In this document: positions 1-10,233 of the stretch, piece after piece
Position numbering within the stretch: the stretch's first letter is position 1
How the letters are laid out: each line of letters opens with the position of its first letter
Assembly (NCBI GenBank): GCA_016288175.1
Contig: JAEEYN010000222.1
Location: 1 to 38,141, forward strand
Origin: Bacillota bacterium
GTDB lineage: Bacteria; Bacillota; Clostridia; Christensenellales; CAG-138
Length of the DNA: 38,141 bases
Reading direction: 5' to 3'
Made by a program: the position numbers and the translations under genes
Notes under the pieces: generated by a model
Seen by the model: only the letters and a program-made list of their open reading frames with translations
What the model was told of the DNA's origin: nothing
Database searches by the model: none

Positions 1-882
1 ATGCTCGGCGTTACGAGGATCTTCATCATGGCTTCCCGTTCCCAGGCTTCGGCGCTGCGCGTTGCGGATGTTCTCGAACTGCCAGCGGATCTTGAAGTCG
101 TTCCGGGAACCGGCGAAACGCCGCGATACGATCCCGAAACACCGCATGTCGAATTCAGAAACGTCTGTTTTTCCTATACCGGAATCGGCGAGAATATTTC
201 GAACCTGAGCTTCAAGCTGCGCCGCGGCGCAACGCTCGGTATCCTCGGTTCAACGGGCTCCGGCAAGAGCACGCTCGTCAACCTGCTTCTTCGAATCTAT
301 GATGCGGACAAGGGCAGCATACTTATCGACGGAAGGGATATCCGCACCATCGAAAAGGATGAGCTGCTCGCGAAATTCGGCGCTGTTTTCCAGAACGATT
401 TCGTGCTTGAGGGCAGTATTGCCGACAACATCCGATTCTTCCGCGATATCGGCGACAGCAATATCGGGAGCGCGGCGGAGGATGCGCAGGCATCGGAATT
501 CATCCGTGAAAAAGGCGGCCTCGACTCCCCCGTCGACGCGCGCGGCAATAACCTTTCCGGCGGTCAGAAACAGCGTCTGCTCATTGCGAGAGCGCTTGCT
601 GCCGATCCGGAGATTCTTATACTGGACGACGCTTCATCCGCTCTCGACTACAAGACCGACGCGATGCTTCGCCGTGCGCTTCAAAAGAATCACGGAAAGA
701 CAACAACGGTATTGATCGCGCAGAGGATCTCCTCCGTTCGCAATGCCGATCTGATCCTTGTTTTCGATGACGGCAAAGTCATCGGCGCGGGCACGCATGA
801 CGAACTCATGCGGAGCTGCGATGAATACCGGCTCATCGCAGATACCCAGATGGGCACCGGAGAGGAGGCGATCGGCGAATGA
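1..882 (+). CDS. ABC exporter subunit, C-terminal nucleotide-binding domain (5' end outside window); degenerate ATPase-site partner
   Basis: Walker A GSTGSGKST and signature LSGGQKQR are present. Walker B reads ILILDD (Asp where the catalytic Glu is expected) and the H-loop position reads IAQRIS (Gln for His). The stop overlaps the next start (ATGA at 879-882). Confidence 0.9.
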   Translation: MLGVTRIFIMASRSQASALRVADVLELPADLEVVPGTGETPRYDPETPHVEFRNVCFSYTGIGENISNLSFKLRRGATLGILGSTGSGKSTLVNLLLRIYDADKGSILIDGRDIRTIEKDELLAKFGAVFQNDFVLEGSIADNIRFFRDIGDSNIGSAAEDAQASEFIREKGGLDSPVDARGNNLSGGQKQRLLIARALAADPEILILDDASSALDYKTDAMLRRALQKNHGKTTTVLIAQRISSVRNADLILVFDDGKVIGAGTHDELMRSCDEYRLIADTQMGTGEEAIGE

Positions 883-2684
883 GGAAGGAAGGCAATCTCT
901 CCGCCGCCGCTTTCAAGGCGAGCCATAACGAGACCCATGTCCCGCGCGGCAAACTGCTCGCGAGGTTTTGGAAATATCTTGGCAGGAATCGCCTGCTGAT
1001 CGTGCTTGCGATGGCGCTCTCCGCGACGTCGAGCCTGCTTGCGCTTTACGGGCCGAAACTCTCCGGTAAGGCGATCAACGCCATCACCGATGAGAACGGC
1101 GTCAATTTCGACGTTGTCCTCCGCTGCGCCGCGCTGATGGCGGTCTGCTATCTGCTTTCCGCCTGCTTAAGCTACCTTCTCCAACTTGTCATGATCCGTC
1201 TTTCGCGAAAAGTCGCGAAGCAGATGCGGCACGACGTTTTTGAGAATCTCACAAAGCTGCCCGTCGGCTTTTTCGACAGAAGGCAGTCCGGAGACATCGT
1301 CAGCACGATCACATACGACATCGATACGGTCAACCAGTCCCTTGCTTCGGACGCGCTGCAGATCCTTCAAAGCACGATAACGGTCATCGTATCCCTCGTT
1401 ATGATGCTCACGATCGCGCCGATCCTCGTTCCTGTTTTCGCAGTCACGATCCCCATCACCTTCTTCTTCACCCGCTGGCTTGCGCGAAGGGTCCGACCGA
1501 TGTTCCGCAACAGGAGCAAAAAGCTCGGCGAGCTCAACGGTTTCGTTGAAGAAATGCTGAGCGGTCAAAAGACGATCCGGGCATACGGCCGCGAGGATGC
1601 TGTTCAGGAACAATTTGAAGAAAAGAATGCGATCGCCGTTGAAGCTTACACCAAAGCGGAAGCGAACGGCACCGTTACCGGGCCTTCCGTCACGTTCATC
1701 AACAATGTCTCCCTCGCTCTTGTCTGCATCTTCGGCTCGCTCCTCTACCTCCGCGGCATGATCCGCCTCGGCGACCTTTCAAGCTTCGTTCAGTATTCGC
1801 GCAAATTTTCCGGCCCGATCAACGAGGTCGCGAACATTATTGCCGAGCTGCAGAGCGCTTTTGCCGCGGCCGAAAGGGTCTTCGGACTCATCGACGCCGA
1901 GCCCGAATCCGCCGACGCCGCTAATGCGATCGAGCTTGACGAGGTGCGCGGCGATGTTGAGATCGACGGAGTCGATTTCTCCTACGATAAAAAGAACCCG
2001 ATCATCACCGGCTTCGATCTTCACGCACCCGAAGGCTCGCTCGTTGCGATCGTCGGCCCGACCGGCGCCGGAAAAACAACGATCATCAACCTGCTCATGC
2101 GCTTCTACGACGTCGATAAGGGCGAGATCCGCGTTGACGGCCATCCGGTCAAAGACGTGACTAGAAGCTCGCTGAGGCGTTCCTTTGCAATGGTGCTGCA
2201 GGATACATGGCTTTTTTCCGGCACGATCTTCGAAAACATCGCCTACGGAAAGAAGGACGCGACGATGGAGGATGTTGTCCGCGCCGCGAAAGCCGCAAGG
2301 ATCCACAGCTATATTTCAAGGCTGCCGGAAGGCTATGACACCGTTCTCACGGATAACGGCTCCGGAATATCGAAGGGCCAGAAGCAGCTTCTGACGATCG
2401 CGCGTGCAATGCTTCTCGACGCAAGCATGCTGATCCTCGATGAAGCGACCTCGAACGTCGATACACGCACGGAGCAGCAGATTCAGGCTGCTATGCGCGA
2501 GCTTATGAAGCACAAGACCTGCTTCGTGATTGCGCACAGGCTTTCGACGATCCGCAATGCCGATAAGATCCTCGTCATGCGCGGCGGCCGCGTTGTCGAG
2601 CAGGGAACGCATGAAGAGCTAATGAGTAAAGAGAGTTTCTACCGCGAGCTTTACCGCTCGCAATTCGACGCCTGTGAACAATGA
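879..2684 (+). CDS. ABC exporter subunit (TMD+NBD, type IV exporter fold), consensus ATPase-site partner
   Basis: 601 aa with an N-terminal six-helix-like hydrophobic domain. Walker A GPTGAGKTT, Walker B MLILDEATS (Glu kept) and H-loop IAHRLS are canonical, but the signature is degenerate (ISKGQKQ). Confidence 0.9.
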   Translation: MRKEGNLSAAAFKASHNETHVPRGKLLARFWKYLGRNRLLIVLAMALSATSSLLALYGPKLSGKAINAITDENGVNFDVVLRCAALMAVCYLLSACLSYLLQLVMIRLSRKVAKQMRHDVFENLTKLPVGFFDRRQSGDIVSTITYDIDTVNQSLASDALQILQSTITVIVSLVMMLTIAPILVPVFAVTIPITFFFTRWLARRVRPMFRNRSKKLGELNGFVEEMLSGQKTIRAYGREDAVQEQFEEKNAIAVEAYTKAEANGTVTGPSVTFINNVSLALVCIFGSLLYLRGMIRLGDLSSFVQYSRKFSGPINEVANIIAELQSAFAAAERVFGLIDAEPESADAANAIELDEVRGDVEIDGVDFSYDKKNPIITGFDLHAPEGSLVAIVGPTGAGKTTIINLLMRFYDVDKGEIRVDGHPVKDVTRSSLRRSFAMVLQDTWLFSGTIFENIAYGKKDATMEDVVRAAKAARIHSYISRLPEGYDTVLTDNGSGISKGQKQLLTIARAMLLDASMLILDEATSNVDTRTEQQIQAAMRELMKHKTCFVIAHRLSTIRNADKILVMRGGRVVEQGTHEELMSKESFYRELYRSQFDACEQ

Positions 2685-2685
2685 T

Positions 2686-3618
2686 ATGAACAAAACAATA
2701 GACAGCTCTTCGGCGAAGGTCTTCCTTGCCGCAATAATTTGCCATGTTTTCTGGGGTTTCAGCTTCCTTGCCTCCAAGCAGGCGCAGGGCGTTGCGCATA
2801 TCTTTGTTTTGCTGAGCCATCGTTTTCTGATCGCGTTTATTCTGATGAGCCTGCTCATCCCCCTCCGCATTGCGAAGCTTTCGCTGCGCGGCAAAGGGAA
2901 GCGTGCACTGCTGCTGATCGTTCTCGGCATCGCTGAACCCGTCGTCTATTTCTTCGGCGAACAATACGGGATCCTGCATTCGAACACGATCTTTTCTGGC
3001 GTCATGATCGCAATGATACCCGTTGTTTCGACCGTTGCCGCCGCGCCGATCCTCGGCGAAAGACCGACTGTCGGGCAGCTTATCTTCAGCCTTATCTCCG
3101 TCGGCGGAGTTATCGGAATCGGGCTGATGAGCAAGAGCAGCGGTTCGCTCGACTGGATCGGCGTTGCCGCTCTTGCTGTCGCAGTCATTTCGGCAACCGT
3201 TTACAGTCTTCTCAGCCGCCGGCTTTCAGCCGAGTTTTCGGCGTTTGAACGCACCTATATGATGATGGGCGTCGGCGCAGTCGTTTTCACCGTGCTCGGC
3301 TGGATAACGGCAGGCAGCGCCGTTGAATACTTCAAACCGTTCGCGCAGCCGACCTATACGCTCTCGATCGCGTTCCTCTCCGTCTGCTGCTCCGTCATCA
3401 GTTATTTCCTCGGGTCGTACGCGATCGGAAAAATGTCCGTCGCCCGCGTAACTGTCTTCGCGAACCTCACGACGGCTGTTTCGGTCTTCGCCGGCGCCGT
3501 TTTCCTGCGCGAGCCCTTCAGCTGGCTCGGGCTCGTTTTCTGCCTGCTGATCCTCCTCGGCATATACGGCGTTCAACGTACAGCGAGAAAGGATGAAAAA
3601 GGCGGCAACCGCACCTGA
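2686..3618 (+). CDS. EamA/DMT-family transporter
   Basis: Polytopic hydrophobic protein with the two-halves EamA-like pattern. ATG at 2686 lies 1 nt after the ABC stop; an alternative GTG is at 2674. Confidence 0.8.
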   Translation: MNKTIDSSSAKVFLAAIICHVFWGFSFLASKQAQGVAHIFVLLSHRFLIAFILMSLLIPLRIAKLSLRGKGKRALLLIVLGIAEPVVYFFGEQYGILHSNTIFSGVMIAMIPVVSTVAAAPILGERPTVGQLIFSLISVGGVIGIGLMSKSSGSLDWIGVAALAVAVISATVYSLLSRRLSAEFSAFERTYMMMGVGAVVFTVLGWITAGSAVEYFKPFAQPTYTLSIAFLSVCCSVISYFLGSYAIGKMSVARVTVFANLTTAVSVFAGAVFLREPFSWLGLVFCLLILLGIYGVQRTARKDEKGGNRT

Positions 3619-3640
3619 TCACCCAAACAAGTACAGAGAA

Positions 3641-3672
3641 AAACAGGGTTCCCGAGGGAGCCCTGTTTATTT
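3641..3672. terminator. Bidirectional rho-independent terminator between convergent genes
   Basis: AAACAGGGTTCCC-GA-GGGAGCCCTGTTT hairpin flanked by an A-run and a T-run. Confidence 0.7.
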
Positions 3673-3695
3673 GTCTGCATTGACTTCAGATCGAT

Positions 3696-6600
3696 CTATT
3701 CCGCGCTGATCGTCCGGCGCATGATGAGCACGGCGTCGGTCGCGTTGACAAGCCCATCACCGTTCATGTCGCCATTGATAAGGCCCTGCTCGCTGATCAC
3801 AGCAAGATTCATCGAATAGCGCATCACGAGCAGCGCGTCGGTCGAGTTAACGACGCCGTCGCAGTTCACATCTCCGAGGAGCGTAACGGTCGGACCGTTT
3901 TCCTCATACTGCGCCGTCACCGTCATATCGTCTGTCACATTCGAGAAATCCATGTCCCAGCCGGTGAAAGTCCAGCCCTCGCGTTCTGGGTCCGCAGGCG
4001 CTTCCGCCGCATCGCCGTAGTTAACGGACTGAGTGGAAAGCACTGTGCCGTCCCAATCGGCGAATGTAACGGTATAGACATTGATCTGATAGACCGCGGT
4101 GACGGTCATATCCTCCGTTACGTTCGAGAAATCCCTATCCCAGCACGAGAATTTCCAGCCTTCACGGGAAGGCTCCTCCGGCGCCTCCGCAGAAGTTCCA
4201 TTCTCTACGGTCTGCGTTGAAAGAACGGTGCCGTCCCAATCGACGAAGGTTACGGTATAGTAAACCGGCAGTTCGATCAGCTTATACAGCCTTATTTCCG
4301 AAGGATTCTTCGAAGTTTCGTACTTACCGGTCGGCAGACTCTGCGAAATCGCCTTGAACTTCAAATAATAGAATCCGTCGCTGTCGATCTGGTTATTAAA
4401 TGAGCCATCGGTCCCGTAGAGCCACGCTACCGCAGTCATGGACGGATAAAGCACGCTGTTCAAATTGAGACCGAGATACTTGTTGTTGCCGACGTTTTGC
4501 CAGGAGTAGCCGTCATCAGCGTTCCCCGAGGGGACCCAGGTTATTGCGTCGAAATCAAGCTGCTGATCGATCGAGATCCTGTCATCCTCCATTATCATCA
4601 CGGCGACAGGCAGTATGTACTGATTATCCGAAACGGTCGTATTGCCAACAGCGTAGCCAAGCGTGCCGCGAACGGACGAATCGGCAACTAGGATGTATTT
4701 CCCGCCGGGTTCTACCGAGAACACTCGCTCGTAGCCTTCGAAATCACACACGGTCACCGAAGACGATGCGGTGATGATATCCTTCGTTGTAAGATTTGTT
4801 GCAGTAGCTGTAATGATCGCGGTACCCGACGCTATCGCATTTATCTGCGCGCCTCCTTCGGCGGCAGCGACCTGCACGACGGACGGATCGGAGCTTGACC
4901 ACTCGATCTCGTAATGATTGGCATTTGCAGGAACCGTATTAAGGTGCAGATCAGCCGTATCTCCCGCAAAGAGTTCAATATTTTCGGGCGAAAGCGTAAT
5001 CGATTCAAGATCGACGGGAAGCGAATTGCCGCCTTCTCCGGTCAGCTCGATAACATCGGAAGTGTTGCGGCCGTAGTCGCCGACCTTAACATAAACGGTC
5101 GAATGATCGCCGACGGAGAGCGTCATTTCGGTGGTCTTGCCTCTCTCGTGCTCGGTAATCGCCCGCTCTGCAAGCAGCGTTGTGCATTCCGCTTCCGCGT
5201 AAACGCCGATCCATGCGGCATAGTGATCGTCATGAACATTGACCCTCAGCGTTCCGCCGTCGACTTTCCAATAAGTGACGTCCGGAGCGGTGATATCGAC
5301 AGTCATCGGAAGCACGATCTCGCAGCATTCGTTTTCGGCGGGATCGAAGCCCTCGTAATCAAGATAATGGTAAAGCTTGAACACGACGTGCGCGCCTTCG
5401 GCAAGATCATCCGGCGCCCAGGATTCGAATTCGATCCAATCGGAGTTGTGGTGGAAGGTGCTTTCGGTATACTTCCAGGCTTTCGGCATGTTGATCAGAT
5501 CCTCGGAATAATAGACTTCCTCCGGGTCGTCCGCATTGTAGATCCTGAGTCCGCCTTCCCCGCCGTTTCGGATCAGTGCGTAAAGGACTTTGTCGATCCT
5601 GTCATAGTAATTATCACCGTTCGGTGAAAGGGTGCAGCGATCCGCCCACCAATCGGTTGTGGAGATATAGGGATTCGCGCCGAAAAGCATGAATTCATCG
5701 CCGCTGACAACGGAGCCGATCTCCGTCTGCACAGAATGGATGTTATAGTTGTTGACGCCCCGGATCTCATCAATATAGGTGTTCCTGTCAAATACGGAAG
5801 CTTTGCTCCAGCTGCCGTAGAAGCCGAGGAACGGGATAACGAGATCGACCGTTCCGTCAAGTACGACGTTGCCGTCGATATAGATCCCGTTCGGGAATTT
5901 CGAATCGAGTTCGCTCTTCAGGCTGCTGCTTAGCGTCACGGTGATGGTTACGCTCCGGGTGCTGTTCGCCGGAACCGTAAACGAGCCGCCGCCGCTGACG
6001 GTGCAGCTTGCAGTGATGTTCTGCGCGGTACCGCCCATAATCAAAGTGGATTGACCGTTGAGATCCTTCGACTTTGTATTCTCCGTCAGTACCGTAACGT
6101 TGGGGTTGAAGCTGAGCGCTGTCGAACCGAAGTTGACAACATTGAATGAAAGCGTGTAAACACCGGTCTTGTCGGGATCGTCGCCGAGCTCGAGTTTCGG
6201 ACGGATACAGTTGTCAACGGTGATATAGGCTTTCGTCGTGATCGCCTTTTCGAGGTCGATGATGCCTGCACCCTGTGTGCGCGGAGAAGTATTGCTGACA
6301 GGGTTTGCAGTGCACATCAGCAGGCGATTGATCATTTCGACTTTATCTTCGCCGGACAGGTTCGGCCATGTGACATTGACATAATTCGTAAGCAGAGCCA
6401 TCGCGCCGGCGACATGGGGGCTTGACATCGAAGTTCCCGACTTCTGGCTGTAACCGGTTGTTGAACCGTTCAATTCGGCGTCGGCCGGGGAATTGATATT
6501 TGCGCCGGGTGCTGTTACTTCCGGCTTTAGTTTCAAATCCGGAGTCGGCCCGTGGCTGGATGTTGCGACCATTGACGGGCTGTTCTTCTGGCAGTTCGCA

Positions 6601-7823
6601 ACGCAGAGCGAGCGCGTGTAGGTTCCCGGAGCGGATACAAGACCGTTGTCGGGGTTCATGGCAAGCGCATACCTGAACGCTGAGCCGTAGTACTGCTGGC
6701 CGATACCGGAGCCGCCGTTGCCCGCAGCGCAGGCAATATTCACGCCGTGCTGCGTCAGCAATTCACAAACCGCATCGAATTCCTCGCTTTCGGAAGTATA
6801 GCCGAGGTCGGTTCCGAGGCTCAGGTTGACAGAATCGACTTCGAGGTAAGCGCAATCCTCCAGAGCCGCAAAGATCATATCCATGCTTGCGCCTCCGCTT
6901 GGGCTGAATACCTGCATGATAACGAGCTGCGAATCCTTTGAAACGCCTGTGTAGCTGCTTCCGGAATAGTTGCCTGCGGCAATACCCGCAACATGGGAGC
7001 CGTGGTCCGAGCCGGCATAGCTGTGACTTACGTCGTTAGTGCCGTTCACATAGTTGAAGCGGAAGGGTATCTTCCCGCTGTAGTAAACGGCAGCGGCGTC
7101 CAGAGTGCCGTCTTCATATTTGCTTTCCGCATGAAGATCGTTGTTCGAAATCACGTTTTCAAGATACGCTGCATCTATCTTCGTGTCGGGAGGGACGATG
7201 CTGAATGCAACATGATCTACTACGCAGCCCGTGTCGATGATCGCAATAGCCGTGCCCTTTCCAGTATAACCGGCATTCCAGACATCGTTTGCGTTGATGA
7301 AGCCGACGGAAGTATCGAGCCTGTCCTCCTCGGTCTTATCAAGCACCGGTGCAGCATAAACCGGAGCTATAAAAACTTTCTCGACTTCCGGAAGCTCAGC
7401 GATCGCTTTTTTCATTCCATACGGAAGTTTTACAGCAAAGCCGTTGAACAGCAGCGTATAGCTGAAGCCGAGTTCCATTTGTGTTCCGTCGGGAAGCATG
7501 GAACCGATCTTATCAATAACGCGGTTCTGTTTGCCCTTCAGAACGGATGCCATATCGTCAGCTGACTTTGATTTAACGTCGCTGTATCGCGCGGCAACTG
7601 GAGCGCCTTTGAGTTTTACCATAAGGGTGACGATCTCGTCATCCGCAGGCGCGGGCGCTTCTTTTTCCGATGTGTCGATCCTCACTGCATCGGGGTTAAC
7701 AGGATCCTCATTGGCTGCTGCCGGTTTATCGATAAACGTATTTTCGGCAAGCTGCAGCGCGCCTATCGGTGCGGCCGCGGCAAGCATGATCAGCGCCAGG
7801 AAGATGCTGAGCAGTTTTTTCAT
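3696..7823 (-). CDS. Secreted S8 (subtilisin-like) serine peptidase with Big_2-like domain, two Listeria-Bacteroides (Flg_new) repeats and a C-terminal type-I dockerin
   Basis: Signal peptide MKKLLSIFLALIMLAAAAP. Catalytic triad motifs IIDTG, HGSHVAG and GTSMSSPHVAG. Big_2-like ITLSPENIELFAGDTADL...SSSDPSVVQV. Two YTVTF.DWDGTVLSTQ...EGW.F.GWD repeats. Dockerin DVNCDGVVNSTD...DMNGDGLVNATD. GGAGG RBS. Confidence 0.9.
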   Translation of the reverse strand: MKKLLSIFLALIMLAAAAPIGALQLAENTFIDKPAAANEDPVNPDAVRIDTSEKEAPAPADDEIVTLMVKLKGAPVAARYSDVKSKSADDMASVLKGKQNRVIDKIGSMLPDGTQMELGFSYTLLFNGFAVKLPYGMKKAIAELPEVEKVFIAPVYAAPVLDKTEEDRLDTSVGFINANDVWNAGYTGKGTAIAIIDTGCVVDHVAFSIVPPDTKIDAAYLENVISNNDLHAESKYEDGTLDAAAVYYSGKIPFRFNYVNGTNDVSHSYAGSDHGSHVAGIAAGNYSGSSYTGVSKDSQLVIMQVFSPSGGASMDMIFAALEDCAYLEVDSVNLSLGTDLGYTSESEEFDAVCELLTQHGVNIACAAGNGGSGIGQQYYGSAFRYALAMNPDNGLVSAPGTYTRSLCVANCQKNSPSMVATSSHGPTPDLKLKPEVTAPGANINSPADAELNGSTTGYSQKSGTSMSSPHVAGAMALLTNYVNVTWPNLSGEDKVEMINRLLMCTANPVSNTSPRTQGAGIIDLEKAITTKAYITVDNCIRPKLELGDDPDKTGVYTLSFNVVNFGSTALSFNPNVTVLTENTKSKDLNGQSTLIMGGTAQNITASCTVSGGGSFTVPANSTRSVTITVTLSSSLKSELDSKFPNGIYIDGNVVLDGTVDLVIPFLGFYGSWSKASVFDRNTYIDEIRGVNNYNIHSVQTEIGSVVSGDEFMLFGANPYISTTDWWADRCTLSPNGDNYYDRIDKVLYALIRNGGEGGLRIYNADDPEEVYYSEDLINMPKAWKYTESTFHHNSDWIEFESWAPDDLAEGAHVVFKLYHYLDYEGFDPAENECCEIVLPMTVDITAPDVTYWKVDGGTLRVNVHDDHYAAWIGVYAEAECTTLLAERAITEHERGKTTEMTLSVGDHSTVYVKVGDYGRNTSDVIELTGEGGNSLPVDLESITLSPENIELFAGDTADLHLNTVPANANHYEIEWSSSDPSVVQVAAAEGGAQINAIASGTAIITATATNLTTKDIITASSSVTVCDFEGYERVFSVEPGGKYILVADSSVRGTLGYAVGNTTVSDNQYILPVAVMIMEDDRISIDQQLDFDAITWVPSGNADDGYSWQNVGNNKYLGLNLNSVLYPSMTAVAWLYGTDGSFNNQIDSDGFYYLKFKAISQSLPTGKYETSKNPSEIRLYKLIELPVYYTVTFVDWDGTVLSTQTVENGTSAEAPEEPSREGWKFSCWDRDFSNVTEDMTVTAVYQINVYTVTFADWDGTVLSTQSVNYGDAAEAPADPEREGWTFTGWDMDFSNVTDDMTVTAQYEENGPTVTLLGDVNCDGVVNSTDALLVMRYSMNLAVISEQGLINGDMNGDGLVNATDAVLIMRRTISAE
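3891..4265 (-). repeat. In-frame tandem duplication (about 186-189 nt x2) encoding the two Flg_new repeats
   Basis: VYYTVTFVDWDGTVLSTQTVENG...TVTAVYQIN versus VYTVTFADWDGTVLSTQSVNYG...TVTAQYEENGP. Confidence 0.85.
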
Positions 7824-7870
7824 CAGGTGTTATTCCTCCTTCCGCCGGAGCGGATAGATATAGATAAATT

Positions 7871-7899
7871 ATTTTATCACATTCTTTATTGTATGTCCA
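7871..7899 (-). promoter_or_regulatory. Sigma-A-type promoter for the S8 peptidase gene
   Basis: Minus strand reads TGGACA-17 nt-TAAAAT with a TG extended -10 (TGaTAAAAT), about 45 nt upstream of the GGAGG RBS. Confidence 0.55.
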
Positions 7900-7944
7900 C
7901 AAAAAACCGTATTTTCCGGGGCCATGAAGCACGCTCTGCATAAT

Positions 7945-7970
7945 AAAAAACCGGGGAGCGTTCCCCGGCT
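7945..7970 (-). terminator. Rho-independent terminator after the kinase-like pair
   Basis: Minus strand reads GCCGGGGA-ACGC-TCCCCGGT followed by TTTTTT, directly after the stop at 7976. Confidence 0.8.
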
Positions 7971-7975
7971 TTCAT

Positions 7976-10228
7976 TCATCTTGCTATGTTGTTCCAGCTC
8001 TCAACCTCGCTGAACGGTATGTATTTGTCGTAACCTATGAGAACAACTTCCCCGTCGCTCAAAAGCACAGCCGTATTCCATGCGCTTGTCGCGATCGCAG
8101 TTACGCTCACGCCCTGCCTGTTCGCGCCTGAGACATCGATCTGGTCCCATGAATTATATCCGCAGGCCTCGACTTTTCCATCCTTTGTGACATAAACGAG
8201 GTGCCAGCCCTTGACGCAGATTGATGCGACGTCGTTATGACCGTAAAAATCCATCTGACCGTGGTTTAGATTGCCGATATAAAGCACGTTGCCGGAGACG
8301 TCAAGCGCTGTTGAGCCCCTTTCACCGGCGGAAACCTGAACGATATTCTTCCAGTCCCCGACAGAGCACCAGTCGCCTTCCTGGTTATAAATCGCGGCGA
8401 CCTTCCCCGAATCGAAAAGCACGAGCACATGAAACACGCCTACGGAAACGGCGACAGGCCGTCCGTTTTGATAGATATCCTCCGGGATCGAATACAAACC
8501 CGATTCGTCCTTATCGCCCGGACCTCCCGTAATATGAAGGTGGCCGGACTTGTCTATCGCGGCGCAAGCGCAGGCGTTTGCGGAAATGAACTCGATATCC
8601 TGCCATTCCGCGATCTCCGAAGCGATGACCCTGTTATTGCTTGTCGAATCGGTTCCTGCGAGCAGCACACGGCCATCGGATGTCAGACCGATCGCGAAAT
8701 ACCAGCCAGCGGCAACCCGAACAACGCCGTCCCAGTCGGCGACGCCGTCAGCGACCTTCTGATTAGTGCCGGAAACGACGACCGATCCGTCGTCAAGTAC
8801 AGCGATCGCGAATTTTTTGCCGAGATCGAAGCAATAAGAATAATATCGCATCGGGTCGACCTCCGGTTTCGGGATCAGCTCGGGCGGGGTCGTGGCTTCC
8901 GGTTCGTCGGTGGCTTGCGGCTGCGCGGGATCGGGCGTTTCCGTAACAGAACCGTTCGGTGGTATGGTCACATACTCAAAAGGCGTGTTTTCCGCATTTG
9001 CCGAACTGCTGCTGTTCTTTTGCCCGAGATTTTTGATCAGCATCACCGCGCCGAACACAAGCGCGCCGAGCGCAAGAGCACCGGCCAACAGCGCAAGCGC
9101 GGTCTTTGCTCCGCTGCGTTTCTTTGCGCCGCCGTCATTACCCGCTTTTTTCTCGTTATCTTTATCGAGCTCCCAATCCGAAAACCCCTTATCGTCCGCT
9201 TTCGGCATTGCGGGAATGATCGGGGAATCATCATTACCGGCAGCGGGTCGCTTCCCCGGGTTTGGAGGTTGTGCCGCAAGCGCTGCAATATCGAGTGTGC
9301 CGTCACCCGCTGCGATCAGCGCACGCTTCATCCCTGCGGCGCTTCTGAATCGGCTGCGCGCGTCGAACGCACATGCTTTACCGAGCACGGCGTTCAATTC
9401 TTTCGATGCATTCGCCGCGGGAGGCAGCGATTCTCCCCCGAACCGTCTGTCGAGTGCTTTTTTGATTTCCCCGGCGTCATTCTCACTTCCTTCCGGCAAA
9501 AACGGCGGACGGCTGCCGTTCATCATCCGGTAAAGCACAAGGCCCAGCGAGTAAAGGTCGGAAGCAGCGCTGCGTTCCCGGCCGTTTTGCGCTTCCGGCG
9601 CGAGGTAATCCGGTGAGTCGCCATTCGCAAAAATGCATGCGGTGTCTCCCGGCGTCTTTTCCGTTCCGAGATCGCCGAGTTTGAAATTGCCGCTGACATC
9701 CGCAAAGATATTGTCCGGCGTAATGTCGCCGTGAACGATGCCTCGCTTTTCGAACTCCTCAAGCGCTGTGCAGATATCGGTTCCAAGCTTTATGACTTCG
9801 CTCTCTTCGAGCGAGGAACCTTCCGCATACTTCGTGAGCGGCGTCAGGAACTCCGTCAGCATCACGATCGCCCAGCCAAGCGACTGCTGTTTTTTCAGGC
9901 AGCGATACTCGCGGACCTCCGCCATATTCGACTTCCCGCCGAGCGACTGTATCTGCTTGACCTGTCGCAGATACTTCTTCGCGACCGCTTCATAATAGGC
10001 GCGAACATCTATCCCGTTTCCGTAAGCGGAACGCAGTTCTTCGATCTCGCTCTCGCTTTTCGGGATCTCGATGATCTTCACAGCAGCATAGTCGTCGACC
10101 GTCGTTTCGCCTTCGGTTTTCTTTCGGACAGCGCGATAGATTTCGCCGGATGAACCCGAACAGATCCGTTCGCCGAGTTCATAATCCGGCCAGATTTTCC
10201 GGATGTGCTGCAAGAGCGCTTCCTGCAT
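7976..10228 (-). CDS. Membrane Hanks-type kinase-like protein (atypical, non-RD) with 7-repeat RCC1-like propeller ectodomain
   Basis: Kinase motifs read AVK, HGDITPDN (9710-9733), DLG and APE. One TM helix (ALALLAGALALGALVFGAVMLI), a Pro/Thr-rich linker and seven ...AG....A..L..DG.V...G repeats. ATG at 10228 is preceded by GAGGTGA; the track start GTG 10237 is an alternative. Confidence 0.8.
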   Translation of the reverse strand: MQEALLQHIRKIWPDYELGERICSGSSGEIYRAVRKKTEGETTVDDYAAVKIIEIPKSESEIEELRSAYGNGIDVRAYYEAVAKKYLRQVKQIQSLGGKSNMAEVREYRCLKKQQSLGWAIVMLTEFLTPLTKYAEGSSLEESEVIKLGTDICTALEEFEKRGIVHGDITPDNIFADVSGNFKLGDLGTEKTPGDTACIFANGDSPDYLAPEAQNGRERSAASDLYSLGLVLYRMMNGSRPPFLPEGSENDAGEIKKALDRRFGGESLPPAANASKELNAVLGKACAFDARSRFRSAAGMKRALIAAGDGTLDIAALAAQPPNPGKRPAAGNDDSPIIPAMPKADDKGFSDWELDKDNEKKAGNDGGAKKRSGAKTALALLAGALALGALVFGAVMLIKNLGQKNSSSSANAENTPFEYVTIPPNGSVTETPDPAQPQATDEPEATTPPELIPKPEVDPMRYYSYCFDLGKKFAIAVLDDGSVVVSGTNQKVADGVADWDGVVRVAAGWYFAIGLTSDGRVLLAGTDSTSNNRVIASEIAEWQDIEFISANACACAAIDKSGHLHITGGPGDKDESGLYSIPEDIYQNGRPVAVSVGVFHVLVLFDSGKVAAIYNQEGDWCSVGDWKNIVQVSAGERGSTALDVSGNVLYIGNLNHGQMDFYGHNDVASICVKGWHLVYVTKDGKVEACGYNSWDQIDVSGANRQGVSVTAIATSAWNTAVLLSDGEVVLIGYDKYIPFSEVESWNNIAR

Positions 10229-10233
10229 GAGAC

